A stretch of DNA of 63,866 nucleotides, filler included, from Phoronis australis (lineage: Eukaryota > Animalia > Phoronida), in the NCBI GenBank assembly GCA_002633005.1. It is 7 parts of 7 records of this genome, joined end to end, with 100 filler letters (N's around TTAATTAATTAA, not from the genome) between each part and the next. Parts side by side here need not be neighbours in the genome. Positions count along the whole stretch, not along the records: positions 60,678 to 63,866 come from NMRA01003156.1; 6 more parts are not named here. One strand, given 5' to 3'. A model generated the notes under the pieces. That model made no database searches and was not told the DNA's origin. It saw only the letters and a program-made list of their open reading frames with translations. The number at the start of each line of letters is the position of its first letter. The first letter of the stretch is position 1. A program made the position numbers and the translations under genes. This document shows, piece after piece, positions 61,825 to 63,866 of this stretch.

Positions 61825-62100
61825 ATCGCCGTCAAATAACGTGCGTAAATTAATGTTTAATAGTGCCGTAAATTAATTATTTGCGGGGTAAGTATTTTTG
61901 GCAGCGTAAAGTAATTGCTTCACGCCGCAACTTAAGGATTTCTTGACGCTCTGAAATTACGGGCGTAATTAATTATTGTTTGAGGCGCAAAGTAATTATT
62001 TGCAGGCGTGTACTAATTATTTACGGCGTACAGTAAATATTGACGGCATAATTTAACGGCGCAAGGTAATTTTTTCCGGCGTAATTTTTTCCGGCGTAAC
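61825..62100. repeat. Degenerate short tandem array (gcgtaaa(g/t)taattattt-like units)
   Basis: Roughly ten diverged 20-25-bp units built around cgtaa/taattattt. Probably part of a transposon. Confidence 0.55.
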
Positions 62101-63866
62101 TTAAAGGCGACACTCACCCCTTGTGAGCACCTGCATGTACATTTTGTTCTTTTTTAACCTAGGTATAAACTTTTATTCTCAGTTTAGGTGGGAAGTGCGA
62201 TTTTGCGGGGGTTTTTTGTCTCTATTTTTCTTAGTCAAGCTTGGTTTTAAGTAGGAGTGAGAAGGTCAAAAATACAAGAGAGAATAAAGTTTCTGTGCTC
62301 ATCTATAGGGCTTGTGATGTGAAATGACTCCAAACTTTTCTTTCTTTGCATGCAGTTTTTGACGGAGTGAAGAAAGGGTGGCGATGGAATCCATTGAGGT
62401 GTGTTCTTATAGGCAACCCCTGTCACAGGGGCGGCGCAACACTGAAAAAAGTGGGAGCTATAGCCCCTAGCCCCCCCCNCACCCCCCAGTCCCCCATGGT
62501 GCGCCGCCCATTCTGTGAGAACTGTTTTTGCCCCCATATCGCTTACCTTCACATGGCTCCGGACCAATTACTCATGCATCTATTGCATCATAAACAAATT
62601 GTTTAATTCTTAGTTGAAATAACGTATTTGTAAAATTTAAGTACATGGCGATTATAAAATTGTCGTAAGTGCTGATGGTTATTTTCTCATATTTTGCTTT
62701 TGTTTGGGTATTATAAACGACGCAAATCGTGCCTTTCGCATCGATCTGCGGCTAAATTCTAAAATAAGATGACGTAAGGCCTGACGTCACGCTGAATTTG
62801 CCACATCAATGAAAACCCTACTAAATGCTGGGGTATTTTTTGCCTTTACTTCAGTTATGTCCAAGTACCAGCTGAAAATATCTTGACTTGTACATGCAGA
62901 GTTCCGAAACCACGACCGAGATTTGTCGCGGAAAAGCACAAAAAGTAAAAAATAAAGCTCGAAAATATTCTTCATTGACCCAGGAGAAATTGTAACACGG
63001 CACACGTCGGCCAGTAACTCCCAATACGGCCTGATCGACTCATTAATATAAAGCCTACCTGTAACAAGCACGTAGCCCCAGGCCCATATAGCTGTGTTAG
63101 AGACCGTAGGTGGGACCCAAGGAGTAACCGCTAGTAGACGCTGACACTGAACGATCTGTAGAGATCACTTCATTTTAGTAGTAGGCAATTTATCATAGAT
63201 GTCACCAGGAAGAGATATCTCTTCCTGATGTCACTAAAACAACTACTAGTATCTGTCTACTCAACTTCCAATTAGGCCTACCAAGATGACGAGTGCCTGC
63301 GTGATTTTAGTTCTTTAATTCTCACCGTCTACGACCTGAGATTGTCAGTGTTTTTTCCACATTCCACGCAATATACCTTTAATAACTTCATCTAGGCTAC
63401 TCTGGGATAAACGGAAAATTTGTTAAATAATGGTCTCTACAATGACACCTCTACTAGTGCTAGGCCTCCTTGCATTCGACCTGATGATTCAAAAACTCTA
63501 ACTTGGAACAGCAAAAATATTGAGAAATGATAACCTCAGCAGCATAAACAAAGGTCTGTAAATTAACCACACAAGATATTTTTTTAAGAGTTGAGCAAAG
63601 AATAATTCACGTTTTCTATCAAACATGACTTGCAGGGAAGTTCACGGCCTAAGTGTACAATGTTTTTGGACTATAGGCCTACCACTAGGGTACAAACAAA
63701 TTACACGTATGCCCCACTGAATTTGCTCTCACGCTATTAATATTAACTCAAACACACTCGAGGCGGACAGAAGAGAGAATATTGTTTAGTTGATGTTCTG
63801 CAGCATCAAATCACCTCGGGTATATTCGTGGCCTCCCGAGGTGCTCCGGATACGTTTTAACATCCA

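Overview
This is repeat-rich, intron-containing genomic DNA from an invertebrate animal, not a prokaryote. Six artificial 100-bp spacers (44 N + TTAATTAATTAA + 44 N) join seven segments: 1-31529, 31630-33617, 33718-36958, 37059-46858, 46959-58645, 58746-60577 and 60678-63866. Adjacency across these spacers is unproven. Host coding sequence I can support: (1) an MGAT4/GT54 GlcNAc-transferase catalytic exon (-), with a probable type II anchor exon (-) and, between them, a phase-compatible WSC exon on the opposite strand; (2) EXOSC2/RRP4, with 7 coding exons and one U12 intron, last exon missing; (3) three exons of an ExoU/VipD-like patatin phospholipase; (4) the first exon of a secreted coiled-coil protein, apparently nested in an L-type Cav1 channel gene, of which two exons and a U12 intron are visible; (5) a terminal Link-module exon; (6) two exons of a single-pass membrane protein. 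Much of the rest is mobile DNA: L1/Tx1-like and Penelope fragments, an RNase H remnant, a Gypsy 5' end with a tRNA-Ser PBS, a tRNA-SINE with its empty site in the window, several TTAA-flanked Kolobok-like elements (two with THAP remnants), hAT remnants and MITEs, and minisatellites. I cannot demonstrate a new biological system. The best leads are the inverted WSC exon inside an inverted-repeat-bounded MGAT4 locus, the triplicated Cav1 donor that may create 30-nt in-frame microexons, the six-cysteine invertebrate Link module, and the myristoylation-motif patatin. All family assignments come from motif recognition by eye; no database search was run.
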